Below the pieces are notes generated by a model. It was given only the letters and a program-made list of their open reading frames with translations, made no database searches and was not told the DNA's origin. A stretch of DNA of 64,000 nt from Candidatus Parcubacteria bacterium (GTDB lineage: Bacteria; Patescibacteriota; Minisyncoccia; Phycocordibacterales; UBA5272): contig JBDKJD010000002.1 of the NCBI GenBank assembly GCA_039796775.1, positions 12,574-76,573 of the forward strand, read 5' to 3'. Within the stretch, counting starts at the first letter, position 1; the number at the start of each line of letters is the position of its first letter. Positions 1-8,995 of the stretch are shown here, one piece after another. Position numbers and translations under genes: made by a program.

Positions 1-303
1 AAGAGGGAGTGTTTGACCGGGTATTGCTATTGTTTGAGGTTTTTTCTGAAGAGCTTCTGGTTTAACAACAGTGAAAGTAATAGACCTAACCCCCTCATGT
101 ATTGTTCTTAATATACGAAGAATAAATTTGTGATACTTTTGATTAAGCCAATCTTTAACAAACTCATTTGGTACACCAATAGTTACATCACCATCTTTGT
201 AGTCGACTATTTTTGTATTCTTAAACCAAGTGTTGTAGTTAACACGAGAGAGTTCTATCTCTATTTGAGATAAGGTGCTACTCCATAACTGTTGATAGTC
301 CAT
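1..303 (-). CDS. dnaA: chromosomal replication initiator protein DnaA, N-terminal fragment (gene continues beyond window start)
   Basis: Manual reverse-strand translation from ATG at 303..301 gives MDYQQLWSSTLSQIEIELSRVNYNTWFKNTKIVDYKDGDVTIGVPNEFVKDWLNQKYHKFILRIL..., which resembles DnaA domain I. The gene is divergent from rpmH, the classic arrangement. It is absent from the ORF track because no stop lies in the window. Confidence 0.55.
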   Translation of the reverse strand, partial: MDYQQLWSSTLSQIEIELSRVNYNTWFKNTKIVDYKDGDVTIGVPNEFVKDWLNQKYHKFILRILRTIHEGVRSITFTVVKPEALQKKPQTIAIPGQTLPL

Positions 304-388
304 AATTATATTCAAGTATACACACAGAAAAAAAAGGAACAACCTGGGGCGTAAATAGTTTATAGATAAGGGTTTGTAAGAGGTTGGG

Positions 389-417
389 TTGATTAAAGTT
401 AGTTTTTGATGTAGAAT
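389..417 (+). promoter_or_regulatory. candidate sigma70-type promoter for rpmH: TTGATT, 17-nt spacer, TAGAAT. The -10 ends about 10 nt before the ATG, so the mRNA is near-leaderless.
   Basis: Hexamers and spacing read directly from the sequence. No SD lies between the -10 and ATG 428. Confidence 0.3.
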
Positions 418-427
418 ATCCCCTATC

Positions 428-574
428 ATGTCTATTACATACAACCCAAAAAGAAAAAAACGAGCAACAACGCACGGATTCTTGGTACGCATGTCAACCA
501 AAGGAGGAAAGAAAGTAATTGCTAGAAGAAGAACAATAGGAAGAAAGAAGCTAGCTGTTAAAACATCTCGTTAA
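428..574 (+). CDS. rpmH: 50S ribosomal protein L34
   Basis: Translation [48 protein letters not shown] matches the L34 consensus. At 48 aa it falls below the ORF-track cutoff. It is followed by rnpA and yidC. Confidence 0.85.
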   Translation: MSITYNPKRKKRATTHGFLVRMSTKGGKKVIARRRTIGRKKLAVKTSR

Positions 575-588
575 AATAAAAATCATTT

Positions 589-909
589 ATGATACCCGCA
601 ACAATGCGGCTCAGCAAAAAGGACTTCGACACTATACGATTCTCCACCATCTACAGAGGTCGCTTATTTGATGTAAAAAAAGGAGAATCCCCCTCTTTTA
701 AAGTTTCTTGTGTTATCTCCAAAAAAACAATAAAAACAGCAACAGGAAGAAACGTTATACGAAGAAAGGTGTTACATGCTATAAGAGAAGCATCTGTTTT
801 AGAAAACAAAACATCTGCTTTGTGTGTTTACCCAAAAAAAGAGATACAAGAAGCCAACTATCAAGATATTGTTTCTGAAATAATACAAGCATTTGCTACA
901 CTACGATAA
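589..909 (+). CDS. rnpA: ribonuclease P protein component
   Basis: 106-aa basic protein immediately downstream of rpmH, with an RLSKKDF...RRK pattern typical of RnpA. Synteny is rpmH-rnpA-yidC. Confidence 0.75.
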   Translation: MIPATMRLSKKDFDTIRFSTIYRGRLFDVKKGESPSFKVSCVISKKTIKTATGRNVIRRKVLHAIREASVLENKTSALCVYPKKEIQEANYQDIVSEIIQAFATLR

Positions 910-921
910 CACTATAATACT

Positions 922-1641
922 ATGTTTAATACATTTTTTTACGAACCACTTTATAATCTTGTAGCGCTTGTTCTATCTATTGTTCCCCTTCATGATATCG
1001 GTATTAGTATTATCATTGTGACTATTATTGTTAAATTACTCTTAACACCGATTAATATCTCTGCACTCAGGACTCAGTATTTGATGAAAAAATTAGAAGG
1101 AGAGATGCAAGAAATAAAAACCCTTCAAAAGAAAAATCCACAAGAAGCTGCTCAAAAAATGGTAGCTATGTATAAAAGAGAAAAAATAAACCCATTTTCC
1201 TCTATCTTTGGAATGATATTACAAATCCCTATTTTTATAGCACTTTATTTCGTGTTCGCTAACGGTTTAACAGAAAATAAAGAAGCTCTATACCCCTTTA
1301 TCACTTTCCCAGAAAAGTTGCACACCTTAGCTTTTGGTATATTCGATGTCACACAAAAGAATATAGTCGTTGCTGTACTCGCAGGACTCGCTTCATATGT
1401 CTTAGCTAGAAGACAAACAAGTAGTATGGTCTCACAAGGAGAAGAAGGGTCATTCCAGGAGCATCTTATGAAGTCAATGAGAATACAACTTCTCTATGTT
1501 ATCCCAGTTATTGTTGCTGTTTCTGGGGCATTTCTCCCATCTGCACTTGCTCTCTATTGGTTAGTGAGTAGTATGGTGACGTATGGTCAAGATGTGTATG
1601 TTAAGAATAAATTAGCTCATCTTAAACCAGCTGACAAATAA
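922..1641 (+). CDS. yidC: membrane protein insertase YidC (short Gram-positive/CPR-type form)
   Basis: 239 aa with multiple TM segments and the conserved YidC/Oxa1 core, in rpmH-rnpA-yidC synteny. Confidence 0.8.
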   Translation: MFNTFFYEPLYNLVALVLSIVPLHDIGISIIIVTIIVKLLLTPINISALRTQYLMKKLEGEMQEIKTLQKKNPQEAAQKMVAMYKREKINPFSSIFGMILQIPIFIALYFVFANGLTENKEALYPFITFPEKLHTLAFGIFDVTQKNIVVAVLAGLASYVLARRQTSSMVSQGEEGSFQEHLMKSMRIQLLYVIPVIVAVSGAFLPSALALYWLVSSMVTYGQDVYVKNKLAHLKPADK

Positions 1642-1675
1642 GAGTAAAAAATATTAACACTACTACCTCACATCG

Positions 1676-2959
1676 TTAGATCGCTCTATTTTCCACAACC
1701 ACTCTTTGAATAAGCCATAAATTACCATCCTTTTTATTAATAAATGATATAAAAAGAGTATTTCCTTTTATGTTAATAATATCGAAGTCACCCAGAGATT
1801 CATCGAATGAATAGTAGAGAGACCCCTCCCTTTTTGTTACATCAAATATCCAAAGTTCATCCTTAAAAGAGGTAAACCCTTTAAGCCAATCATCCGGTAA
1901 ATTCATATCATAAGAAAAATTAATAGGAACACCACATACACCAACGGTCCTATCTAAGAAACCACACTTTGTGGCGATAACCCTAAAAGGAAAAGCGAAT
2001 GAATCCCCTGCTCTTTCGAATCTCGTCTCTATCTCACCTTTGTTCCAAAACGAAGATATATACCCACCAGCTCCTGGGGTGATTTGTAACCCAGCTAGAT
2101 TTTTACTTATTGGGATAAAGTTAGGGACTGTAGTAACGACACCAAAAGCATAAGAAGAGGCTTTTGGTGTGGCGTACAATCTCCCAGCGTTTGCACCAAG
2201 TATCCACTCTCTAAAAGGAGAAGAAGCTACAAACGTACTTTTGCCGTTACGTAATTCATAAATATTACTAGAGTCTTCTGTTGTAAGAGCATAGAAGAGC
2301 GCCGCTCCATCATCAGACACTGTAACAGAAGATACATTAAGATTAAGATACTCTTCATTGGTCAGAGAGGTTGGTGACATGCTCGGACTAATGTTTGGTA
2401 ATGTTGCCACCAGACTAACAATTGATTCATTCTCCCTGTCTGCGTATCTGAAGAGAATACTCTTACCATTATTATAAATATAAGCATCATGCACACCAGG
2501 AACTGATGTATTAGTGATTTGAAACAATGAAACATTTTGAGTGTCATAGCCATATACAAAACCAGTTTCTCTGTCAACAAATAAGAGAATGGTGGTGGTA
2601 GCGCGTATTTGTGATCTGGTGAGCACTGTTCCTGTACCAGCAGTTGTTGTGGCGGTAATTTCTTTCAAAATAGTGTTTTCTATAAACGTATTACCTGTTG
2701 TTGGTTTATCCCAAATACGGAGGAGTGGGTCTTCCTTTTTTTGAGTAACAGAAGTGAAAGAAGAAGGCTTGGAATCTGTTGTATCAGATTCATCCCCTAT
2801 AAAAAGAAATCTGGGAGGAAGTGATGTAGAAGTAACAGGATATTGTTTTTCTACAAGAAGTGAACCATCCTTTGGTGTTGCGAAGAAAAAGTACCACACA
2901 AGTGCGACTATAACGAAGACAAAAACAATGCCTGTTACAAAGAGTAGTTTTTTATTCAT
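1676..2959 (-). CDS. hypothetical membrane-anchored extracellular protein (N-terminal TM, Thr/Ser-rich, beta-rich repeats); last gene of the T4SS-like operon
   Basis: N-terminal hydrophobic anchor MNKKLLFVTGIVFVFVIVALVWYFFF. No recognisable catalytic motif. Confidence 0.5.
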   Translation of the reverse strand: MNKKLLFVTGIVFVFVIVALVWYFFFATPKDGSLLVEKQYPVTSTSLPPRFLFIGDESDTTDSKPSSFTSVTQKKEDPLLRIWDKPTTGNTFIENTILKEITATTTAGTGTVLTRSQIRATTTILLFVDRETGFVYGYDTQNVSLFQITNTSVPGVHDAYIYNNGKSILFRYADRENESIVSLVATLPNISPSMSPTSLTNEEYLNLNVSSVTVSDDGAALFYALTTEDSSNIYELRNGKSTFVASSPFREWILGANAGRLYATPKASSYAFGVVTTVPNFIPISKNLAGLQITPGAGGYISSFWNKGEIETRFERAGDSFAFPFRVIATKCGFLDRTVGVCGVPINFSYDMNLPDDWLKGFTSFKDELWIFDVTKREGSLYYSFDESLGDFDIINIKGNTLFISFINKKDGNLWLIQRVVVENRAI

Positions 2960-3082
2960 TATATAGAGTATAACAAGGAGAGATAGTTAACCTCAAAGCA
3001 CAAGACCTGCACCCTCTTGTTTAATGTGTTGTTACTGTGAAGATAATCGTTAGAAAATGAAAGAAGAGTCACTCATTTAGAG

Positions 3083-4024
3083 TTATTTGTATACATGCCA
3101 ATGTCGGCCAGTAGAAAAACTTGTGGCCCCCTTTTTCTCATCACAAAATGTCCAACCTCCCCATTTGTATACAGCGTGACAGCTACCAGAATTACCGATA
3201 TATGACTGAGAGGATATAAATTTATACAGAGGGTCATTCAGATTAGGTAACCCAGAAACACCTGTTGGAATTCTTAAGTCAACAGTAGAGACTCCAGGAC
3301 CATGGGTACTATGTGACCACCATTCAGTGCCACCAGACACAGTAACAGCACAATCACAAGCAGCTTTTAATGATATAAGCATTTGTATTACGTCTTTTGT
3401 CATTCCCCCAACATTCGTACAACTTCTTTGTGCAATACTAGAACAAGCTGCACGGTTAATGTCTATACCAGCCTGAGAAAGTGTTTGCCTCACTGTTTGA
3501 TCATTAACTCCTGTTATTTTGGCGAGATTGCCTGTCGGATCAGCAGAGCATGTCTTCCTCACACAACCCCCCGTTTGTACTGTTTGAGACGAAGTATTAC
3601 CGGATGATGTATTACCTGAAGATCTGTTGCCTGTGGTAGTGTTTGTATTAGAAGGTGTTCCTGGTAGTGTGTTTACCGCTGTGTTTAAGGGTATTTTTAA
3701 TGTTGTGAGAATGGGATTGGCTTGCAAAATATCTGTGTTGATAGAATTAAATAATACATACATTAAAAAAATACCAACAATACCAAACACAACCTGCTGC
3801 AAATATTTTTTGGCCAAACTGATATTGTTTTGAGTTGGGTTAAAAAGAAGTCTCGCTATATTAATACCTTGAAAGAAAACAGCGAATCCAATAGCGGTAA
3901 AAAATAGGACGCTAATAAATACAGTTACATCCGTAACAGATGGGTTCTGTGTAGAGAAATTAGGAACAGCAATACCGAGTTCTGCTAACGTATTACTATC
4001 AGAAAGGGGTACATAGTTCGACAT
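3083..4024 (-). CDS. membrane protein (two TM helices) fused to a Cys-rich LAS/M15 (VanY-like) metallopeptidase-like domain; putative T4SS-associated cell-wall hydrolase
   Basis: The C-terminal domain has SHSTHGPGVSTVDL (resembles SxHxxGxAxD) and a terminal GRHWHVYK (resembles the EPWH zinc-ligand motif of M15 peptidases). The N-terminus has two hydrophobic helices. The domain assignment is motif-based only. Confidence 0.4.
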   Translation of the reverse strand: MSNYVPLSDSNTLAELGIAVPNFSTQNPSVTDVTVFISVLFFTAIGFAVFFQGINIARLLFNPTQNNISLAKKYLQQVVFGIVGIFLMYVLFNSINTDILQANPILTTLKIPLNTAVNTLPGTPSNTNTTTGNRSSGNTSSGNTSSQTVQTGGCVRKTCSADPTGNLAKITGVNDQTVRQTLSQAGIDINRAACSSIAQRSCTNVGGMTKDVIQMLISLKAACDCAVTVSGGTEWWSHSTHGPGVSTVDLRIPTGVSGLPNLNDPLYKFISSQSYIGNSGSCHAVYKWGGWTFCDEKKGATSFSTGRHWHVYK

Positions 4025-4039
4025 AGGTATTAGTATACT

Positions 4040-4999
4040 CTATCTCGTATCAAAAATAATTTCAGCGTTCACAGATTTTTTCTGAAGGCGTCTGTCTGGA
4101 CCTTCTAGATCAACCCTTAACTTTTGAACACCGAAGGCATTGCTTTTAGGAACAAAACCAAGAGTTGTCCCCTGCTCCCCAGTCACATCTATTCCGTCCA
4201 AGAACCATTTGTATACAGGAGGTTTATCTTCTTTGGTTGATAAGAAATAAGGTTCAATAGATAAGGCAAAAGGTTTTGCGGCTTCTATTCTACCGTCAAA
4301 AGGTTCTGTTAATACAGTGCCAAGAATTTCATTAAAAGAATAAAACCTCGGTTCTATATCAAAAGGTTTAAGGGTTATTGTTTTTGTACTAGTTTTGCCA
4401 CCTTCTGTTCTTACAACCACTCGCACATCTGACTCATCTCTTAGATAATCAAGCGCAAAAGAAAATGATTGCCTCCCCATCCCTGATTGTTTAGGCATTG
4501 GGGTACTATTCAAATACCAGGTATAACTGAGTCTGTTGTGAGGAACAATCTGCCCCTCCTCTTCTATCACAGGAAGCGCTGTGACTTTTGTTAACCCTCC
4601 GACAGCCCCAAAACTTCTCCCTTCATAAAAAAAAGGAACATGACTCTTAGGGGCCTCATGAATAAGAGTGAGAGAGGATGGGGAAAGTGTTATTTGTTGT
4701 TCTATAGAACTACCATTTTTGGTGGTTGCTGTAACATTTACTATTGTGTTTTCTCCGATGTCGCCTAATTTAACAGAGAATTCTCTACCACCGATACTAT
4801 CTTTGACTACATTGTTATTGATTCTCCATACTATCCTTGATGTTGTTGTATCAAAAGAAACACTCGACAAGATGAGAGTAACCAGAGAGTGTGGCACCCT
4901 CTCTTCTGGTGTGACTATAATGTTCGCATTTATTTGAGCATGTGCGAGAGTGAGGGTGTGTAACACAACCAAACATGCTAAGAGATATGGTTTTATCAT
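4040..4999 (-). CDS. secreted hypothetical protein (signal peptide MIKPYLLACLVVLHTLTLAHA)
   Basis: Cleavable signal-peptide-like N-terminus. Overlaps the upstream virB4-like gene by 4 nt, implying an operon. Confidence 0.55.
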   Translation of the reverse strand: MIKPYLLACLVVLHTLTLAHAQINANIIVTPEERVPHSLVTLILSSVSFDTTTSRIVWRINNNVVKDSIGGREFSVKLGDIGENTIVNVTATTKNGSSIEQQITLSPSSLTLIHEAPKSHVPFFYEGRSFGAVGGLTKVTALPVIEEEGQIVPHNRLSYTWYLNSTPMPKQSGMGRQSFSFALDYLRDESDVRVVVRTEGGKTSTKTITLKPFDIEPRFYSFNEILGTVLTEPFDGRIEAAKPFALSIEPYFLSTKEDKPPVYKWFLDGIDVTGEQGTTLGFVPKSNAFGVQKLRVDLEGPDRRLQKKSVNAEIIFDTR

Positions 5000-6813
5000 G
5001 CTTTTGAATCTTCTAATTCTTCCTTCATCTCTTTTATTTTGAGTAGTTGAGCTGGATCACTTGTGATGATTTGATCCTCGGTATATGAGGCTACGACTTT
5101 GAGTGCCACATGTTTTAGTCCTGCAAAGAAAATACCTTCCCCTACACCAGATTCAAGGAGCAAAAACTTTTCTTCATTCGTAAGATTGAAGGTCTTTTGT
5201 ACTACATCAATAGAGGTTGGTGATTGTTTGAGAAGGATTTGAATAGAAGAGTTGGTGATAATGGGTAATCCATAAGGAGACTTGAGGAAGTCTCCTACGT
5301 CTTGAGTAATAGTAGCTAGTCCTAGATAATACTTTCTGCCACGTTTAGCGAGACTAAAGAGGAAAGAAGCGGTATCTTCATTTTTCATCATTATCCACGC
5401 TTCATCCACTACAAGAAGTCTCTTGCGTAGATTCTTCCTGACCGCATTCCAAATGTGATGAGTGATAATATACATAGCTACAGGCTTGAGCTCTTCTTCC
5501 ATGTCACGAATAGAAAAACAAATAAGTTTTTTGTTAATATCTACATTACTTGGCTCATTAATAAAACCAGACCATGTACCTTTAGTGTATTTTGAAAGCT
5601 TTTGAATAAGAGATTCTGAGCCGTCGATTCCAGACAATACCATTTCAAAATCAGACAGAAGTGGTGGTTCAAGAGAAGTGAAATCACTATCCCCTGTGAT
5701 ATCTTTGAGGGCATATGTTTCTGTAATTGCTCTGTCTACTATCGTATCTTCTTCTGGTGTTAAGCCACCGAACATCACACGGAATAATCCAACCAAGTTA
5801 ACAATGTTTGATCTTAATACTTCGGATGGAGACTCATCCTCTGTTGGATGAGGTAAGTCAAAAGGATTAATATGATGATCACTCACAAGTGAAATATTAA
5901 AATATCTTCCACCAACAGATTCTGCCAAGAATTCATATTCTCGTTCTGGGTCAATAATAATTACTTCTGTGTCGAACATTAATGTTCTTAGGATTTCGAG
6001 CTTTGTGAAATAGCTTTTACCAGAACCAGACTTCGCGAATACAATTGAGTTATAGTTCTCAAGTGAGAATCTATCAAAAAGAATAAGGCTACCATTGTGA
6101 CGATTGAGTCCATATAATATTCCCTTATCTGACGAAAGATCAAAAGATACAAAAGGAAAGAAAGAAGAAAGAGGTGATGTGTTCAACTTATTTTTGATCT
6201 CAAGTAGGTCTGTTCCAAGTGGGATAACAGAAGAAAAAGCTTGATCTTGTTGGAAAAGCGCAGGCTTAACATAAATAAGTTTGCTCTCAAGGCTTGATTT
6301 TATCTCATTTTCTACTTTGTCTAACTCGTCTTCTGAATTAGCGTAGAGTGTTATATAAAGGGACACCTCAAACATTTTCTCCTGGGATTGAGTGAGACCG
6401 TCACGCAAGTCTTCTAAGTCTTGATACGCTGTTTCAAGTGTTGGGTCACGTACCATCCCCTCCTCCTCGCGTATCATCATCTGACTCTCTACCTCGGCTA
6501 CTTTTCTCTGAAAGGATTTCATCACCTCTGCTGTGTTGAGAGGATTGACATGTATAGAAATATCAAACACTTTATCAAGATTAATAATAGGGCTAAGCCA
6601 ATTATCGTTAAGATAACGAGGATATGATATGACAAAGAATGATCTAGCATAACTACCACCAATAAGAAGCCCTTTAGGAGTAACAGAAAGAGCGCTCGGT
6701 GCGATGATGTCTTTTAATTGCATCTCGGCAATTTTGTAGACTTGCTCTGGTAATATTGGAGCAACTTTAGATTCTTCTTTCTTTTGTTGTGATAAAAAAT
6801 CAAATATTCCCAT
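4996..6813 (-). CDS. virB4: VirB4/TrbE/TraC-family type IV secretion (conjugation) ATPase, ATPase domain
   Basis: Walker A FAKSGSGKSYF, Walker B LLVVDEAW, and the C-terminal motifs of VirB4/CagE-family ATPases. Confidence 0.8.
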   Translation of the reverse strand: MGIFDFLSQQKKEESKVAPILPEQVYKIAEMQLKDIIAPSALSVTPKGLLIGGSYARSFFVISYPRYLNDNWLSPIINLDKVFDISIHVNPLNTAEVMKSFQRKVAEVESQMMIREEEGMVRDPTLETAYQDLEDLRDGLTQSQEKMFEVSLYITLYANSEDELDKVENEIKSSLESKLIYVKPALFQQDQAFSSVIPLGTDLLEIKNKLNTSPLSSFFPFVSFDLSSDKGILYGLNRHNGSLILFDRFSLENYNSIVFAKSGSGKSYFTKLEILRTLMFDTEVIIIDPEREYEFLAESVGGRYFNISLVSDHHINPFDLPHPTEDESPSEVLRSNIVNLVGLFRVMFGGLTPEEDTIVDRAITETYALKDITGDSDFTSLEPPLLSDFEMVLSGIDGSESLIQKLSKYTKGTWSGFINEPSNVDINKKLICFSIRDMEEELKPVAMYIITHHIWNAVRKNLRKRLLVVDEAWIMMKNEDTASFLFSLAKRGRKYYLGLATITQDVGDFLKSPYGLPIITNSSIQILLKQSPTSIDVVQKTFNLTNEEKFLLLESGVGEGIFFAGLKHVALKVVASYTEDQIITSDPAQLLKIKEMKEELEDSKA

Positions 6814-6817
6814 ATGA

Positions 6818-7450
6818 TTAAGAGTTGTTCACTTTAGGAACATGATTACTTTGTTCCCCTGGATTAAATAATTTGTACAAAAGCTCGACCAACTCTTCGG
6901 TGTTTAAGCGTTTAGCCCTCACCCCGAACCTTGAAAGTCCTTGTATAACAACAGCAACTCTTTGTTCCAGTTGAATACGTGCCGCTTCGAAAGAATTGTT
7001 ATCAGTATTCTTTTTGTCTCCAAAAGAAAGATTAAGAAGAGAGCTGCCCCCTAATGCTTGTCCGACTGTTGCGTATGGAATAGAGATAAAAAAGTGCTTG
7101 GTCATAATATTAGACTCGTCGGTGAATTTTTTGATAAACCCCATATATTCGTGAATTTGTATTTTAAGAAGATCTTCTTTTACGTTTTTGCTTCTGTCTT
7201 GGAGGAGATTCAAATAGTTCTCTATATTAAGCTTTCTTGATTCAATAAAGAACTGCACAGGGAAATCAAGCGAGTTTAAAAAGTTTTGGAATTGATTAAG
7301 TATCGCAGACACCTCGTCTTCGCTTTTGAGTCCAAGGTTCAAAGAGTTGGTGATCACAATTGCTCGTAGCTCTCCGTTTTTGAGTGTAACAATACCATCA
7401 CGTACTCTTTCTACAGAAACAAATTCTTGAGTGGCGGCGCCTTTTTGCAT
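6818..7450 (-). CDS. VirB4 N-terminal domain-like protein (separate ORF ending 4 nt upstream of the ATPase ORF)
   Basis: The sequence VSVERVRDGIVTLKNGELRAIVITNSLNLGLKSEDEVSAILNQFQNFLNSL resembles the N-terminal domain of Gram-positive-type VirB4/TraE proteins. This is either a split gene or a frameshift. Confidence 0.5.
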   Translation of the reverse strand: MQKGAATQEFVSVERVRDGIVTLKNGELRAIVITNSLNLGLKSEDEVSAILNQFQNFLNSLDFPVQFFIESRKLNIENYLNLLQDRSKNVKEDLLKIQIHEYMGFIKKFTDESNIMTKHFFISIPYATVGQALGGSSLLNLSFGDKKNTDNNSFEAARIQLEQRVAVVIQGLSRFGVRAKRLNTEELVELLYKLFNPGEQSNHVPKVNNS

Positions 7451-7482
7451 ACCATAGTAGTATACCTTAGATGAGAGTAGAA

Positions 7483-7908
7483 TTATTTATCTTTCTGTGA
7501 GTTGTGTTCAAAAACATCAAGTCCGAGCGACACATCGTGTATCCTATCCCTGTTTGTTTTCTCTATCACTATTTCTTTCTGAGTTTCGGTAACAACTTGA
7601 TTGATAGGATCACTTTCGTTGTCAGTAGTTGGTTGCTTCCAAGTGTAGAGCTTAGGGTTGGTGTAGTAAGCGAAAGCGCTCTCAAGCAAATCACCAAAAG
7701 GTTTTTGATTAAATTTGACAAAAGCAAGTGCCAAAAACAGTCCAGCTATAGGGATAATAAGCATAATTGCTATGAATTTAATTGGGATAAGAACCCAAAG
7801 AAGAAAGCTAAAACCAGCAGCTCCAGCCATATAACCGAATTGTTTGAGAGTGAATGGTCCAAAGACTTTGTCTTCTATGTCGATGAATTGAGGTACACGG
7901 AATTGCAT
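7483..7908 (-). CDS. PrgI/VirB3-like small membrane protein of the T4SS
   Basis: N-terminus FIDIEDKVFGPFTLKQFGYMAGAAG followed by two TM helices, typical of the PrgI (VirB3-like) family. Lies directly upstream of virB4. Confidence 0.5.
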   Translation of the reverse strand: MQFRVPQFIDIEDKVFGPFTLKQFGYMAGAAGFSFLLWVLIPIKFIAIMLIIPIAGLFLALAFVKFNQKPFGDLLESAFAYYTNPKLYTWKQPTTDNESDPINQVVTETQKEIVIEKTNRDRIHDVSLGLDVFEHNSQKDK

Positions 7909-7967
7909 GAATATAGTATATAGTGGCTAGTGATTAGTGGCTAGAGGATTTCAATTTTCAAAAGAAA

Positions 7968-7994
7968 AGGCACTCACCTTACAAGTGAGTGCCT
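7968..7994 (-). terminator. hairpin AGGCACTCAC-CTTACAA-GTGAGTGCCT followed on the minus strand by a T-rich tract; terminator of the GC-rich cassette gene 8017..8718
   Basis: Perfect 10-bp inverted repeat read from the sequence. Confidence 0.5.
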
Positions 7995-8016
7995 TAAATC
8001 AGAGATAGCCCCTAGA

Positions 8017-8718
8017 TTAGGCGTTCTGAATGACGTCGCTGATGGCACGGAGCGCCGCTACTTTGCGTTCAGCACCCGGGATTTCGTAGAACCTCGGAAA
8101 TACCTGATACGCATGTATAGGTGCGGAGAGCATCGGGTCGTCGCCGCGATGCGGCGGTTCCATGATGGCGACATCTTTCACTTCACTTCCAGCAAAAGCC
8201 ATGTCGTCGCCGTAGCACGACCACAGTTGCCCACGGGGGATTCCTCCCGACGCCCGAACCTTCAGCTGAACAAGCTGACAGCGCGGAGCGTGGCTTCCGC
8301 AAGTCACCTGCTTTACCTCGTCCACTCCAAGTTGGGAGAAGATCTTCGCTGCGTTGGCGACCTCCTCGTCCGTGTTCTTGGCTTCTATATCGCAGGTGAT
8401 TCCTCGGAAAAGCTTGTCGAGCAACACCAGGTCGCAGTTTTGCTGAACCCTTGGGTGCGACTTGATGAGTTCAAACTCACCAAGCTTTCCCATGTGTTCG
8501 AGTAGTAAGCGCTTTGTATACTCTGCTTCCTTGATTCCGTCCTTCTCGGACGCACCGGTCCCGAAGACGATTCCAGCGACATTCTCGATGCCTGCGTTGA
8601 GTGCGACGAGCACCATCATGGGCAGAACTCCAAGCCTGTGGGGAGCTTCGCCCCACGCCAGCTTTTCCCAGTCCATTGCCTCAACATGTCGGCCATGAAC
8701 CAATATGCCAATCTTCAT
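8017..8718 (-). CDS. DUF218 (YdcF/SanA-like) domain protein on a GC-rich insert inside the T4SS operon
   Basis: VTCGSHAPRC resembles the T-S-x-x-H-x-P-R motif of DUF218. The local GC is clearly higher than the flanks. It has a strong SD (AAGGAGG) and its own terminator, unlike native genes here. Confidence 0.45.
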   Translation of the reverse strand: MKIGILVHGRHVEAMDWEKLAWGEAPHRLGVLPMMVLVALNAGIENVAGIVFGTGASEKDGIKEAEYTKRLLLEHMGKLGEFELIKSHPRVQQNCDLVLLDKLFRGITCDIEAKNTDEEVANAAKIFSQLGVDEVKQVTCGSHAPRCQLVQLKVRASGGIPRGQLWSCYGDDMAFAGSEVKDVAIMEPPHRGDDPMLSAPIHAYQVFPRFYEIPGAERKVAALRAISDVIQNA

Positions 8719-8995
8719 CAGAAACCTCCTTCTTTCGGGTTGGGAATGTGCGATTTTGAGCCATTTTGCCCAAAATTAAACCTGAAATAATTGTATCATT
8801 ATTTTTAATAATGTCAATATCATGCAGGGGGAGAGAATCTGGAATACAGAATATAGAGCTTAGAACAGAGAATATAGTAGGCGTGTTTTTAAAAAACCAT
8901 CTACAAAAGATAGAACACCCCTTTTGTTTTATGGTGTGCCTTTGTCTAAAACCATGCTTTACGTTCCGTGCTCTTAAGTCTTAGTATCATCAATA

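Noticed and set aside
278-475. Track ORF (65 aa, minus) spanning the dnaA-rpmH intergenic region
   Set aside because: It overlaps rpmH (428..574, plus, clear L34 sequence) and the dnaA start in a different frame. Low-complexity translation with no homolog-like features.
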